DNA of 64,000 bases from the NCBI GenBank assembly GCA_963663475.2, contig CAXXJV010000001.1, forward strand, positions 1,056,001 through 1,120,000, given 5' to 3'. The notes beneath the pieces were generated by a model that saw only the letters and a list, made by a program, of their open reading frames with translations, was not told the origin of the DNA and did not search any database. This stretch comes from Candidatus Cloacimonadales bacterium. GTDB lineage: Bacteria > Cloacimonadota > Cloacimonadia > Cloacimonadales > JAFGVF01. Below, one piece after another: positions 10,076-20,351 of this stretch. How positions within the stretch are numbered: position 1 is the stretch's first letter; each line of letters starts with the position of its first letter. The position numbers and the translations under genes were made by a program.

Positions 10076-11038
10076 TTATTTTGGATTAATCTCCTTAACA
10101 TCATCTCTTCTTTGGACAACTCGAAGAGCTTTTTTTTCTATTAATTGATCTAATAATTCTGCAGTAATTCTAGATTTTCCATTTCTCAGGGGGAATTTTT
10201 TATCATTCTCTAATTCTGGGGGGATATCCTTTTTCTGGCAGGTAGCTACTAGGATTGGTAAAATTGGTATTTCAATGATTTTCAATTTACTTTTATTAGT
10301 TAGGACAAATTTAAAAAGAAAAGCTTTAATCTCATTGTCTAAATCTTTATAGACGATTAAAGCTTGGTAGTAATCTTTTACTCCAAAGCTAATGCTTATA
10401 CTTAAAATTGTTCTTATCTTTATGGAGTTAAAACAATCATTAATTTTGCAGTCTTGTAAAGAATTTATAAAACACTCTACTTGATTATCTTCTATTGATT
10501 TCTTAAATTTTTGGACAGTATAATAGATAGCGTTATGCATCTTAGTGCCAGCAATCGAGGGTGCAAAAAAATTCTCTTTCATTCTATGAAAAAGTAACAT
10601 TTCTTGTGTTAAACGGTAAATTCTTGTCTTAAGCTTTTTCAATTCAATTTTATAATTCCGAGCTATTTCCGAGAGGGTTAAATGTTCTAAATAATAGTTT
10701 TGTAAAATGATTTTATCCTTGTTAGAAAGAAAATCATAAGAATTAATATCAATATCTTGTTCTATATATTCGGGGCTATTATCAGGATAGCCCTCTAATA
10801 TCATTGGATCAAGATTTATCTCTTGGTCAATTTGCTTATCTTTCATTCTCTTTAAACAAAAATTCTTGGTAACTGTAAACAGCCAATTATCTGTTTTGGC
10901 TGAATCTATTCGATTCTCGTTCAGGAAAAACTGAATAGCAGTTAACTGAGCCATCTCCTGGACTGTATCTTGGTCTGAAAAAAAACGATTAGCTACCTGT
11001 TTTGAATATTTTAGCACTTTTTCATAATTAATATCCAT
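10076..11038 (-). CDS. Sigma-70/ECF-like sigma factor with long C-terminal extension
   Basis: Region-2-like QDTVQEMAQLTAIQF...DNWLFTVTKNFCLK; region-4 HTH LSNKDKIILQNYYLEHLTLSEIARNYKIELKKLKTRIYRL; about 170 additional aa of unknown function. Confidence 0.7.
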   Translation of the reverse strand: MDINYEKVLKYSKQVANRFFSDQDTVQEMAQLTAIQFFLNENRIDSAKTDNWLFTVTKNFCLKRMKDKQIDQEINLDPMILEGYPDNSPEYIEQDIDINSYDFLSNKDKIILQNYYLEHLTLSEIARNYKIELKKLKTRIYRLTQEMLLFHRMKENFFAPSIAGTKMHNAIYYTVQKFKKSIEDNQVECFINSLQDCKINDCFNSIKIRTILSISISFGVKDYYQALIVYKDLDNEIKAFLFKFVLTNKSKLKIIEIPILPILVATCQKKDIPPELENDKKFPLRNGKSRITAELLDQLIEKKALRVVQRRDDVKEINPK

Positions 11039-11148
11039 TAGACTACACCCCTACAAATTATTTGAAGACAATGTTTTATGAGATTTTCAATGAAATATTT
11101 CCATTTTTGACTCTATATTAGTAGAGAAACTTAATTTAGGAGAAAGCT

Positions 11149-11355
11149 ATGAAATGGAAACTTATTCTTTTATTAATGATATTAATTTTCAATATCAAAA
11201 TATTTAGTCAAGAGTTTTATCAAGGTTATCGAGTTGTTTCTTGGGAAGAGATTCAAGGCATGGACTATTCAATTATTAGAGATGCTGATGGACATGATAT
11301 AGTTCACTTAGAGGAAACAGGTGAAATAGTAGTAGTTGTTGTATTTGAGTCATAG
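11149..11355 (+). CDS. Small secreted hypothetical protein (68 aa)
   Basis: AGGAG RBS and Sec-type signal peptide MKWKLILLLMILIFNIKIFSQ. Confidence 0.65.
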   Translation: MKWKLILLLMILIFNIKIFSQEFYQGYRVVSWEEIQGMDYSIIRDADGHDIVHLEETGEIVVVVVFES

Positions 11356-11417
11356 AACCTGAAATACTTTTAGTAATCAAACATATAATAATTATTTGTA
11401 ATATTAAGGAGGTACTT

Positions 11418-11498
11418 ATGTTGAAAAAGGAAAGAAAAAAAATATCTGTATTTAGTTTTAATAATGAAGAGTTCAAGGGAATTATAAAATATCAGTAA
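11418..11498 (+). pseudogene. 26-aa ORF behind a strong RBS (gene stub or micropeptide)
   Basis: AAGGAGG-tactt-ATG, MLKKERKKISVFSFNNEEFKGIIKYQ*. Confidence 0.3.
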
Positions 11499-11587
11499 GT
11501 AGATATTAAAATTATGCTGGACAAATTGTATACTCTTTCATAAACATAAAATATGTGCTTTAACTTATTAATTGATTATGTGTTTGA

Positions 11588-11767
11588 ATTATAAATGGTC
11601 AAAAAGTTAAAACTCTTGTTAAAAACAATAGTGATGCTGGAAGATATACGATTGTATGGAATGGTAAAGATACCAACGAGCGTGAAGTAGCCAGTGGTGT
11701 TTATCTGTATAGATTAGCATTTAATGGAAAAAATGTTGATGTTAAAAAGTGTATTTTAATGAAATAG
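11588..11767 (+). pseudogene. Orphan T9SS C-terminal-domain fragment without a start codon
   Basis: Hand translation IINGQKVKTLVKNNSDAGRYTIVWNGKDTNEREVASGVYLYRLAFNGKNVDVKKCILMK*, preceded by an in-frame TGA at 11585-11587. Confidence 0.85.
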
Positions 11768-11775
11768 ATAATTAA

Positions 11776-11801
11776 GCTCAGCCCATTAATTTGGGCTGAG
11801 C
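11776..11801 (+). terminator. GC-rich stem-loop after the orphan CTD
   Basis: GCTCAGCCCA-ttaatt-TGGGCTGAGC with no adjacent U-tract; may be a stabilising or processing hairpin. Confidence 0.45.
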
Positions 11802-11820
11802 AAAATTTTTAGGAGTTTGT

Positions 11821-13134
11821 ATGAAATATTTGCTAAGTATCATATTACTAATTTTTACTCTGGCTGGAGAGGCTCAAGATTATCAAAGGATTTCTCCCTT
11901 TGCTGAAGATGTTCCTATCAAGGGTGATTTTGTAAGTCCTAGCCAAGGTTGGGCATTTAAGTATAACGTTGATGAACTATACAGTGAGGATCTCTATTTT
12001 ACGGATGATGGCGGAGATAGTTGGGCTATGATTTATTCTTTAGATTATATTTGGGAAAAGTTTGTGGATATACAGATGATTGATAGTCAATTTGGCATGG
12101 CGACGGTAAATCTTGCTGGTGTTGATTACCGGGATTATAGATTAACTTATGATGGCGGTTATACTTGGACCTCAATCATAGATACCCTCCCTGATGGTTT
12201 AGAAATTCAGTATATTCAATTTATTTCCTCTGAGATTGGTTTTATCTGTACCCAGCCTCTAGTTGCTCATGAAAGTATCTCAATATACAAAACCGTTGAT
12301 TCTGGATTAACTTGGACTCAATCCCAAAATCCTAATAACTCTATAGGGATGCAGAATATTATGTACTCTCTTGATGAAACCAACATTTGGAGTGGGGGGT
12401 ATTTATATCCAACGATAGATGGAGGAGGACTACATTACTCTAATGATGGTGGTGATTCCTGGCAACTACTCCTTGAAACTCCGCCAATTTATGATTTAAA
12501 TATGGTTACTGCTGAATATGGAGCTTATCTCGGAATAAGTTATTCTCATTCTTTAATCAGCTTGGTAATCACTCATGATAATTTTAACACATCTACTTAT
12601 GTGTATACCGAGAATGACTTTGGGGATTATTTTTTTGGTTTTTGTTTCCAAAACGAAAGTAATATCTGGGTTGCCTGTAGAATGGGAAAAGTCATGCTTA
12701 GTCGGAATGGAGGAATATCATTCCGTGAATATGTAAATCTTAATGATGATTTACTAGATATTGAGTTTTTTAATGATACAGGTTTTGTTTATAGTGTCGA
12801 TAGTATCTACAAATTGACTTATCCTGTTAGTAATAATGATTCTGAACAAATATTAGGAAATGACTATCAACTCACTAACTATCCAAACCCTTTCAATCCT
12901 CAGACAACTATTTCATTTGCTCTTGAGAAAGCTGAGAGTGTGAAGTTGGAAATATTTAATTCTAAAGGGCAAAGAGTAAAAAATCTTTTGAAGAGCAAGC
13001 TTCAACCAGGAAAGCATAATTATGCATGGGATGGGACAGATAACCACAATAACAAAGTTAGTTCAGGAGTTTATTTTTATCGGCTTGAAGTTGCCGGAGA
13101 AAAACATATTAAACAGTGCATATTACTTAAATAA
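11821..13134 (+). CDS. T9SS-secreted YCF48/BNR-repeat beta-propeller protein (A1)
   Basis: Signal peptide, repeated T.DGG.(S/T)W Asp-box motifs, C-terminal NYPNPFNP CTD. Confidence 0.85.
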   Translation: MKYLLSIILLIFTLAGEAQDYQRISPFAEDVPIKGDFVSPSQGWAFKYNVDELYSEDLYFTDDGGDSWAMIYSLDYIWEKFVDIQMIDSQFGMATVNLAGVDYRDYRLTYDGGYTWTSIIDTLPDGLEIQYIQFISSEIGFICTQPLVAHESISIYKTVDSGLTWTQSQNPNNSIGMQNIMYSLDETNIWSGGYLYPTIDGGGLHYSNDGGDSWQLLLETPPIYDLNMVTAEYGAYLGISYSHSLISLVITHDNFNTSTYVYTENDFGDYFFGFCFQNESNIWVACRMGKVMLSRNGGISFREYVNLNDDLLDIEFFNDTGFVYSVDSIYKLTYPVSNNDSEQILGNDYQLTNYPNPFNPQTTISFALEKAESVKLEIFNSKGQRVKNLLKSKLQPGKHNYAWDGTDNHNNKVSSGVYFYRLEVAGEKHIKQCILLK

Positions 13135-13143
13135 GGAGAAAAG

Positions 13144-14433
13144 ATGAATAGAATAATCTTAATCTTAGCAGTTATATTAACAACAATCCCGCTATTGGCT
13201 ACTGAATGGGTAGAAATTGACCCTCCAGAGGGGGCAAATGGAGGTCTTAGCTATCAGTTTATTTCTGCAACTGAGGGTTGGGCTTTTAGCTCAAATTATG
13301 ATGGAACACTGCTCTACCACACAAATAACACTGGACAAAGTTGGGAACAGATATATGTAAGTGATCAGAATCAAATAATAGATCTTCAAATGATTGATAG
13401 CCAACATGGTTGGGCTATACTCTATGGGTCTAATAGCACAAATCTTTTTACAACAATTAATGGTGGTGAAGACTGGTTTAGAGTTAATGTCCAAGTGCCA
13501 ATATACGGTCATGTTACAGCAATGGATTTCTCAGATATGGAGAATGGGCTTATAGCTGGTTTATCTGAAGGCATATCATATTTATACAGAACAACAAATG
13601 GTGGTTATGATCTTGAGAACTTATATGAAATTAATAATAGTTTTGAAGTTAGAAATATTACTTGTCTTGATGAAGTAAATATCTGGGTATCAGGCTCTCT
13701 TTTCGATGGGATAGCAATATATTCTAGTAATGAAGGTGTTGACTGGGATTTTATTGGTAATTCAATAGAGAACTCTGATGTAAAAAGATTTCACTTTTCA
13801 ACAGATCAGATTTATGGATTTACTGGGAATTTTATTATAGATGGAGACTTTCTTGGTAATGTCCTAATTCTAACCGACGATGGTATGGATACTTACACTC
13901 TTCTTGATGATTCAGTATTTGGAGAAAATGTTTATTCTTGCTATTTTATGGATGAACAAACTATCTGGGTTGGAGGTAGTGATAATATGTTTATAAGCAC
14001 CAATGGTGGAAGAACATTCTCTATCTATCAGAATTTTGATACAAATATCAAGGATATTACTTTTATTGATTCAACTGGCTTCGCTACTGGTGGTAACGGT
14101 TCTCTTTATGTTTACCATCCAGCTGTTAGTAATGATGAAGCAACTGTAGAGGTTCCCATCTTGGAGTTTAACTGTTATCCTAATCCCTTTAACCCAGAAA
14201 CAACTATCAGTTTTAATAATCCTCAAAATGGAAGAATCAGCTTGTCAATATACAATATCAAAGGACAGTTGGTAAAAACTCTGTTAGATGAAGAGATAGC
14301 TGTAGGGACTCATAGTATTGTCTGGAATGGTACCAACGAAAAAGGTATAAGTGTTACTTCAGGTATCTATTTTGCCAAAATAACTAATACTACTAGTAAT
14401 AGTTTAACCAAGAAAATGATTCTCATGAAATAG
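13144..14433 (+). CDS. T9SS-secreted YCF48/BNR-repeat beta-propeller protein (B1)
   Basis: Signal peptide, TNNTGQSW and TTNGG repeats, CYPNPFNPETTISF CTD. Confidence 0.85.
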   Translation: MNRIILILAVILTTIPLLATEWVEIDPPEGANGGLSYQFISATEGWAFSSNYDGTLLYHTNNTGQSWEQIYVSDQNQIIDLQMIDSQHGWAILYGSNSTNLFTTINGGEDWFRVNVQVPIYGHVTAMDFSDMENGLIAGLSEGISYLYRTTNGGYDLENLYEINNSFEVRNITCLDEVNIWVSGSLFDGIAIYSSNEGVDWDFIGNSIENSDVKRFHFSTDQIYGFTGNFIIDGDFLGNVLILTDDGMDTYTLLDDSVFGENVYSCYFMDEQTIWVGGSDNMFISTNGGRTFSIYQNFDTNIKDITFIDSTGFATGGNGSLYVYHPAVSNDEATVEVPILEFNCYPNPFNPETTISFNNPQNGRISLSIYNIKGQLVKTLLDEEIAVGTHSIVWNGTNEKGISVTSGIYFAKITNTTSNSLTKKMILMK

Positions 14434-14518
14434 TTGACAGAAAAAGTAGATAAATAGTAATATAATACAGAGGGAGGATGTCCTCTCTCTGTATTCATTT
14501 TAATAACTAGGAGACTTT

Positions 14519-16798
14519 ATGTATAAACTTAATATATTAATTATAATATTGCTAATGGTTAGCATTAATATTACAGCTACAGTTTTAGAAGTAGGACTAG
14601 GGCAAGATTTTACTTACAACACTATCCAATCTGCTGTGGATGTAGCTGTAGATTACGATACAGTCTTGGTTCATCCTGGGCGATATATTGAAAATGTTGA
14701 TATTTTAGAGAAAAGTCTTACTCTAGGATCCCTATTTCTAACAACAGGTAACCAAGCTTATATAGACTCAACTATAATTGATGGGAATGATGAGGATACT
14801 GTTCTTAAGATTTATCATAATAGATATGTCCCTGAATTTAAATATATCAAAATATATGGACTTTCAATAACTGGTGGTAACACCTTGACTGACCATTTTA
14901 ATGAAAATGAGGGTAGAAATTATAAGGGAGGAGGAATTAATATTCTAGGTTATAGCTACCTTGATTCTGAGTTCTCTTCATTCGAATATTGCAAGATTTT
15001 TAATAATACATCTTCAACAGGAGGTGGAATCGCAATTTTTGAGTCAAATGTATGTATTGCAGGATGTGAAATTTTTAATAATAACGGAGGTCGTACTGGT
15101 GGTGGTATTTATAGTGTAGGAATAGATTATCAATTAGAATTATCTGAAACATATCCTAATTCTGTTTATAATAACAGTGCCGGTAAGGGCAGAGATGTTT
15201 ATATAGAACCAATAAATAGTAATCCTGCTCAAATAAACGGACTCTATTTTGATAAGATATCAGTTGCTCCTGAAGGTGATTTCTCTCACTACTATTATGT
15301 TTCAGATGTAATAGAATGGGATGGCGAGATTACTTACAACGAAACAGCTTATGAACGCATCGAAGCTGATTTATATGTTTCTCCCACGGGCAATGATAAT
15401 AACACAGGCTTAAGTCCAGCTCAAGCACTAAAGACTATTTCTAAAGCAACATCATTATTAAAACCTCGTACCAATGGCGATTATAATATTGTCTATGTAG
15501 CTCCCGGTTTATATTCTCCGGATACGACAGGAGAGGCTCAAGATTATCAAAGGATTTCTCCCTTTGCTGAAGATGTTCCTATCAAGGGTGATTTTGTAAG
15601 TCCTAGCCAAGGTTGGGCATTTAAGTATAACGTTGATGAACTATACAGTGAGGATCTCTATTTTACCGATGATGGCGGAGATAGTTGGGCTATGATTTAT
15701 TCTTTAGATTATATTTGGGAAAAGTTTGTGGATATACAGATGATTGATAGTCAATTTGGCATGGCGACGGTAAATCTTGCTGGTGTTGATTACCAGGATT
15801 ATAGATTAACTTATGATGGCGGTTATACTTGGACCTCAATCATAGATACCCTCCCTGATGGTTTAGAAATTCAGTATATACAATTTATTTCCTCTGAGAT
15901 TGGTTTTATCTGTACCCAGCCTCTAGTTGCTCATGAGAGTATTTCAATATTCAAAACCGTTGATTCTGGATTAACTTGGACTCAATCCCAAAATCCTAAT
16001 AACTCTATAGGGATGCAGAATATTATGTACTCTCTTGATGAAACCAACATTTGGAGTGGAGGGTATTTATATCCAACGATAGATGGAGGTGGACTACATT
16101 ACTCTAATGACGGTGGTGATTCCTGGCAACTACTCATTGTAACTCAACCAATTTATGATTTAGAAATGGTTACTGCTGAATATGGAGCTTATCTTGGAAT
16201 ACATTACTCGGCACAATGGAACAGTTTAGTATTCACTCATGATAATTTTAACACATCTACTTATGTGTATACCGAGAATGACTTTGCGGATTATTTTTTT
16301 GGTTTTTGTTTCCAAAACGAAAGTAATATCTGGGTTGCCTGTAGAATGGGAAAAGTCATGCTTAGTCGGAATGGAGGAATATCATTCCGTGAATATGTAA
16401 ATCTTAATGATGATTTACTAGATATTGAGTTTTTTAATGATACAGGTTTTGTTTATAGTGTCGATAGTATCTACAAATTGACTTATCCTGTTAGTAATAA
16501 TGATTCTGAACAAATATTAGGAAATGACTATCAACTCACTAACTATCCAAACCCTTTCAATCCTCAGACAACTATTTCATTTGCTCTTGAGAAAGCTGAG
16601 AGTGTGAAGTTGGAAATATTTAATTCTAAAGGGCAAAGAGTAAAAAATCTTTTGAAGAGCAAGCTTCAACCAGGAAAGCATAATTATGCATGGGATGGGA
16701 CAGATAACCATAATAGCAAAGTTAGTTCAGGAGCTTATTTTTATCGGCTTGAAGTTGCCGGAGAAAAACATATTAAACAGTGCATATTACTTAAATAA
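14519..16798 (+). CDS. Chimeric T9SS protein: beta-helix/DUF1565-like N-terminus fused in frame to a copy of A1
   Basis: N-terminal YNTIQSAVDVAVDYDTVLVHPGRYIEN, GGGI repeats and YVSPTGNDNNTGLSP...YVAPGLYSPDTTGE, followed by GEAQDYQRISPF... matching mature A1. Confidence 0.85.
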   Translation: MYKLNILIIILLMVSINITATVLEVGLGQDFTYNTIQSAVDVAVDYDTVLVHPGRYIENVDILEKSLTLGSLFLTTGNQAYIDSTIIDGNDEDTVLKIYHNRYVPEFKYIKIYGLSITGGNTLTDHFNENEGRNYKGGGINILGYSYLDSEFSSFEYCKIFNNTSSTGGGIAIFESNVCIAGCEIFNNNGGRTGGGIYSVGIDYQLELSETYPNSVYNNSAGKGRDVYIEPINSNPAQINGLYFDKISVAPEGDFSHYYYVSDVIEWDGEITYNETAYERIEADLYVSPTGNDNNTGLSPAQALKTISKATSLLKPRTNGDYNIVYVAPGLYSPDTTGEAQDYQRISPFAEDVPIKGDFVSPSQGWAFKYNVDELYSEDLYFTDDGGDSWAMIYSLDYIWEKFVDIQMIDSQFGMATVNLAGVDYQDYRLTYDGGYTWTSIIDTLPDGLEIQYIQFISSEIGFICTQPLVAHESISIFKTVDSGLTWTQSQNPNNSIGMQNIMYSLDETNIWSGGYLYPTIDGGGLHYSNDGGDSWQLLIVTQPIYDLEMVTAEYGAYLGIHYSAQWNSLVFTHDNFNTSTYVYTENDFADYFFGFCFQNESNIWVACRMGKVMLSRNGGISFREYVNLNDDLLDIEFFNDTGFVYSVDSIYKLTYPVSNNDSEQILGNDYQLTNYPNPFNPQTTISFALEKAESVKLEIFNSKGQRVKNLLKSKLQPGKHNYAWDGTDNHNSKVSSGAYFYRLEVAGEKHIKQCILLK

Positions 16799-16807
16799 GG
16801 AGAAAAG

Positions 16808-18094
16808 ATGAATAGAATAATCTTAATCTTAGCAGTTATATTAACAACAATCCCGCTTTTGGCAACAGAATGGGTAGAAGTAGCTCCTCCAGAGGGGGCA
16901 AATGGAGGTCTTAGCTATCAGTTTATTTCTGCAACTGAGGGTTGGGCTTTTAGCTCAAATTATGATGGAACACTGCTCTACCACACAAATAACACTGGAC
17001 AAAGTTGGGAACAGATATATGTAAGTGATCAGAATCAAATAATAGATCTTCAAATGATTGATAGCCAACATGGTTGGGCTATAATATATAGAGGAATGTC
17101 GGTGGACCTTTTTACAACAGCTTCTGGTGGTGAAGCCTGGTTTAGAGTTGATGTTCAAGTGCCAATCTCCGGTCTTGTTACTACGATGGATTTCTCAGAC
17201 ATGGAAAATGGGCTTATTGCTGGTTATTCTGACGGTGTAAAATACGTCTATAGAACAACAAATGGGGGCTACGATTTTGAGGAATTATACCAAACTGATA
17301 TTAACTTTGTGATTACTGATATTAGTTGCCTTGGTGAAGATAACATTTGGGTTTTAGGTACCACTTCTGAAGGGATAGCTTTTTACTCTAGCAACGCAGG
17401 TGCCGACTGGGTTATCCTTGGTGATACTTTAAGCCATGCAAATACATTAAACTATAATTTTTTTTCAGACCAAGTTTATGGAATTTTAGGAGACTTTACG
17501 ATATATGAAGATATAATCTTTTATGCACTAATTCTAACCAACGATGGGATGGATACTTATACTCTTTATGATGATTCAACTTTTGGGGAATATGTTTATT
17601 CTTGTTATTTTATGGATGAACAAACTATCTGGGTTGGAGGTAGTGATAATATGTTTATAAGTACTAATGGTGGAAGATCTTTTGCTGTCTATCAGAATTT
17701 TGATACAAATATCAAGGATATTACTTTTATTGATTCAACTGGCTTCGCTACTGGGGGAAACGGTTCTCTTTATGTTTACCATCCAGCTGTTAGTAATGAT
17801 GAAGCAAGTGTAGAGGTTCCCATCTTGGACTTTAACTGTTATCCTAACCCTTTTAACCCAGAAACAACTATCAGTTTTAATAATCCTCAAAATGGAAGAA
17901 TCAGTTTGTCAATATACAATATCAAAGGACAGCTGGTAAAAACTCTGATAGATGAAGAGATAGCTGCAGGAACTCATAATTTTGTCTGGAATGGTACCAA
18001 CGAAAAAGGTATAAGTGTTACTTCAGGTATCTATTTTGCCAAAATAACTACTACTAGTACTAGTTTAACTAAGAAAATGATATTATTGAAATAG
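16808..18094 (+). CDS. T9SS-secreted YCF48/BNR-repeat beta-propeller protein (B2, paralog of B1)
   Basis: N- and C-terminal blocks near-identical to 13144-14433, with a divergent centre. Confidence 0.85.
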   Translation: MNRIILILAVILTTIPLLATEWVEVAPPEGANGGLSYQFISATEGWAFSSNYDGTLLYHTNNTGQSWEQIYVSDQNQIIDLQMIDSQHGWAIIYRGMSVDLFTTASGGEAWFRVDVQVPISGLVTTMDFSDMENGLIAGYSDGVKYVYRTTNGGYDFEELYQTDINFVITDISCLGEDNIWVLGTTSEGIAFYSSNAGADWVILGDTLSHANTLNYNFFSDQVYGILGDFTIYEDIIFYALILTNDGMDTYTLYDDSTFGEYVYSCYFMDEQTIWVGGSDNMFISTNGGRSFAVYQNFDTNIKDITFIDSTGFATGGNGSLYVYHPAVSNDEASVEVPILDFNCYPNPFNPETTISFNNPQNGRISLSIYNIKGQLVKTLIDEEIAAGTHNFVWNGTNEKGISVTSGIYFAKITTTSTSLTKKMILLK

Positions 18095-18163
18095 TGTCAC
18101 TGATTTCTTTCATTACAAGAATCTAGCGAGTATTGCTTATAGCTTTCTAACGATGCTTCGAGT

Positions 18164-18196
18164 AAAAAAGGGCAGAAGGTTAATCTTCTGCCCTTT
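18164..18196. terminator. Bidirectional terminator between convergent B2 and hcp
   Basis: AAAAAAGGGCAGAAG-gttaat-CTTCTGCCCTTT. Confidence 0.75.
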
Positions 18197-18217
18197 ATAT
18201 ATATTACGTAACTAATA

Positions 18218-19819
18218 TTATTTCCCAGCCATCATAGCTTCGATATCAGCTTTTACATCTCCTGTTGGTTTAATGTCAAAGTTTTCAACTAAAACTTTAG
18301 CAACATTTGGTGATAAGAAAGCAGGTAGTGTAGGTCCTAAACGGATACCTTTTACGCCAAGGGCTAATAAGGCAAGTAGGACGGCTACAGCTTTTTGCTC
18401 ATACCAAGCAATATCAAATGAGATAGGTAAATCATTGATGTCATTAAGTTCGAATACTTCTTTAAGTTTAAGAGCAATAACAGCTAATGAATATGAATCA
18501 TTACACTGTCCGGCATCGAGAACACGTGGAATTCCACCTATATCACCGAGTTGGAGTTTGTTATAACGATATTTAGCACATCCGGCAGTTAAGATAACAG
18601 TACCTTCGGGTAATTCGCTAGCTACATCAGTGAAGTATTGTCTTGTATCATGTCTGCCATCACAACCAGCCATTACTACAAATCTTTTAATAGCACCAGA
18701 TTTAACAGCAGCAACAACTTTATCTGCAAGAGCGATAACTTGATTATGAGCGAATCCACCCACGATTGAACCAGTTTCTATTTGGGTTGGAGGAGGGCAA
18801 GTTTTAGCTAACTCTATTATTTTAGAGAAATCTTTTTTGCCAGCTACAGGTTCGATATGAGGAACATTAGGATAACCAGCCATTCCGGTTGTGAAGATTC
18901 TCTTTGCATATTCTTCTTTAACAGGAACGATACAGTTAGTGGTCATTAAGATAGGGCCGTTGAAAGAGATGAATTCTTTATCTTGTTTCCACCAAGCATT
19001 ACCATAGTTTCCTACAAAATGTTTGTATTTTTTGAAAGCAGGATAGTAGTTAGCAGGAAGCATTTCAGAGTGGGTATAGACATCAACTCCTGTTCCTTCA
19101 GTTTGTTGTAGAAGTTGTTCCATATCTCTCAAGTCATGACCAGATATAAGGATACCAGGGTTTTTACCGACACCGATATTAACTTCTGTGATTTCAGGGT
19201 TACCATAGGTAGAAGTGTTTGCTTCATCAAGTAAAGCCATAGTGGTAACAGCCATATTACCAGCCTTGAGGACTAAGCCAACCATTTCATCTACAGAAAG
19301 ATCTTTAGTAGTGGAAGCCAATCCTTCAATTAAGAATTGGTAAATATCATCATTTTCTTTTCCGAGAACTGCAGCATGTTCTGCATAGGCTGAGATACCT
19401 TTTAAACCATAAACAAGAAGTTCTCTTAATGAGCGTACATCTTCATTTTCAGTGGAAAGAACCCCATGTTTTTCTCCGATTTTAACGAAATCTTCTTCTG
19501 TTTGACCAGTCCAAGTTATGGCTTCACAATCACACTTATAATTTAAAGCATCTCTTCTTTGGAGAGCTTCTTTGATTAAGGCGACAATTCTTTCATCATC
19601 GAAGTTTGCATTTGTAATAGTTGCGAAAAGACTTTTAGCTATGAATAAGCCATTATCTCTATCATATTTACCATCTGAAGCTAGGGATATGCCTTTTAAA
19701 GCATAGACTAAAGCATCTTGTAAACAAGCTGTTTTTGCTGGTTTACCACATACACCCTTGTTAAATCTGCATCCAATATTCTGCATAGTCTCTTGACATT
19801 GGTAACAATACATACTCAT
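18218..19819 (-). CDS. hcp: Hybrid cluster protein (hydroxylamine reductase/prismane)
   Basis: N-terminal CYQCQE...C...[34 protein letters not shown] and WYEQKA motifs. Confidence 0.97.
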   Translation of the reverse strand: MSMYCYQCQETMQNIGCRFNKGVCGKPAKTACLQDALVYALKGISLASDGKYDRDNGLFIAKSLFATITNANFDDERIVALIKEALQRRDALNYKCDCEAITWTGQTEEDFVKIGEKHGVLSTENEDVRSLRELLVYGLKGISAYAEHAAVLGKENDDIYQFLIEGLASTTKDLSVDEMVGLVLKAGNMAVTTMALLDEANTSTYGNPEITEVNIGVGKNPGILISGHDLRDMEQLLQQTEGTGVDVYTHSEMLPANYYPAFKKYKHFVGNYGNAWWKQDKEFISFNGPILMTTNCIVPVKEEYAKRIFTTGMAGYPNVPHIEPVAGKKDFSKIIELAKTCPPPTQIETGSIVGGFAHNQVIALADKVVAAVKSGAIKRFVVMAGCDGRHDTRQYFTDVASELPEGTVILTAGCAKYRYNKLQLGDIGGIPRVLDAGQCNDSYSLAVIALKLKEVFELNDINDLPISFDIAWYEQKAVAVLLALLALGVKGIRLGPTLPAFLSPNVAKVLVENFDIKPTGDVKADIEAMMAGK

Positions 19820-19935
19820 TTTTCTTTCTCCTATTTGTTTTTTTTGTTAAAATTTTGTTATTTTACTGTAGATATGTGCTTATAAATCAGTTACTTTGCT
19901 ACTTAATAATAGTATAATATTATTGACATTAAAAG

Positions 19936-20175
19936 CTAATAATTTATTCCTGCTGTTTTGACATTTTCTGCATCAAAGGCATGACAAGGCGTTACTCCAT
20001 ATACCATATTGCATTTAGGACATTTGCTTTCAAAAGTTTCCATCTCAAAATTATCTCCACACTCACATTTTATTTCTAAAGGAAGAGGCATATATTGGTC
20101 TGCAAAACCCATTTGCCTTACTTTATCTACTACATCTTGTCCATTTTTAAAGCTTCCGCTACATCCATCGTGCAT
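19936..20175 (-). CDS. Small Cys-rich putative metal-binding protein (79 aa)
   Basis: Start moved to the ATG at 20175 (AGGAG RBS): MHDGCSGSF...CECG...CPKC...TPCH. Confidence 0.75.
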   Translation of the reverse strand: MHDGCSGSFKNGQDVVDKVRQMGFADQYMPLPLEIKCECGDNFEMETFESKCPKCNMVYGVTPCHAFDAENVKTAGINY

Positions 20176-20199
20176 AATTTGGCTCCTATTTTTTATCTT

Positions 20200-20345
20200 C
20201 CTTAACACAGAGTTTCACAGAGGTTAAGAGGAGTTTCACAGAGGATTTGAAATCTGTGAAGATCGGTTAAATCTGTGTCATCTGTGTTCTATTATTTTCT
20301 TTATTTTATTTATCTTAATTAGTGAAATTCGTGAAATTAGTGGAT
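20200..20345. repeat. Cluster of short CAC/GTG-rich tandem motifs
   Basis: CCTTAACACAGAGTTTCACAGAGGTTAA (near-identical to 27666-27692), then ATCTGTG..ATCTGTGTCATCTGTGTT and ATTAGTGAAATTCGTGAAATTAGTGG. Confidence 0.6.
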
Positions 20346-20351
20346 AGATTC

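Larger units (their letters stand above)
11866..18094 (+). repeat. Tandem segmental duplication: 11866-14433 repeated at 15530-18094
   Basis: Offset 3664 bp; identity begins at GGAGAGGCTCAAGATTATC in both copies. Confidence 0.92.

Noticed and set aside
11866..18094. Paralog pairs as a DGR template/variable repeat
   Set aside because: Both copies are full genes, the substitutions involve all bases in both directions, and no reverse transcriptase is present.
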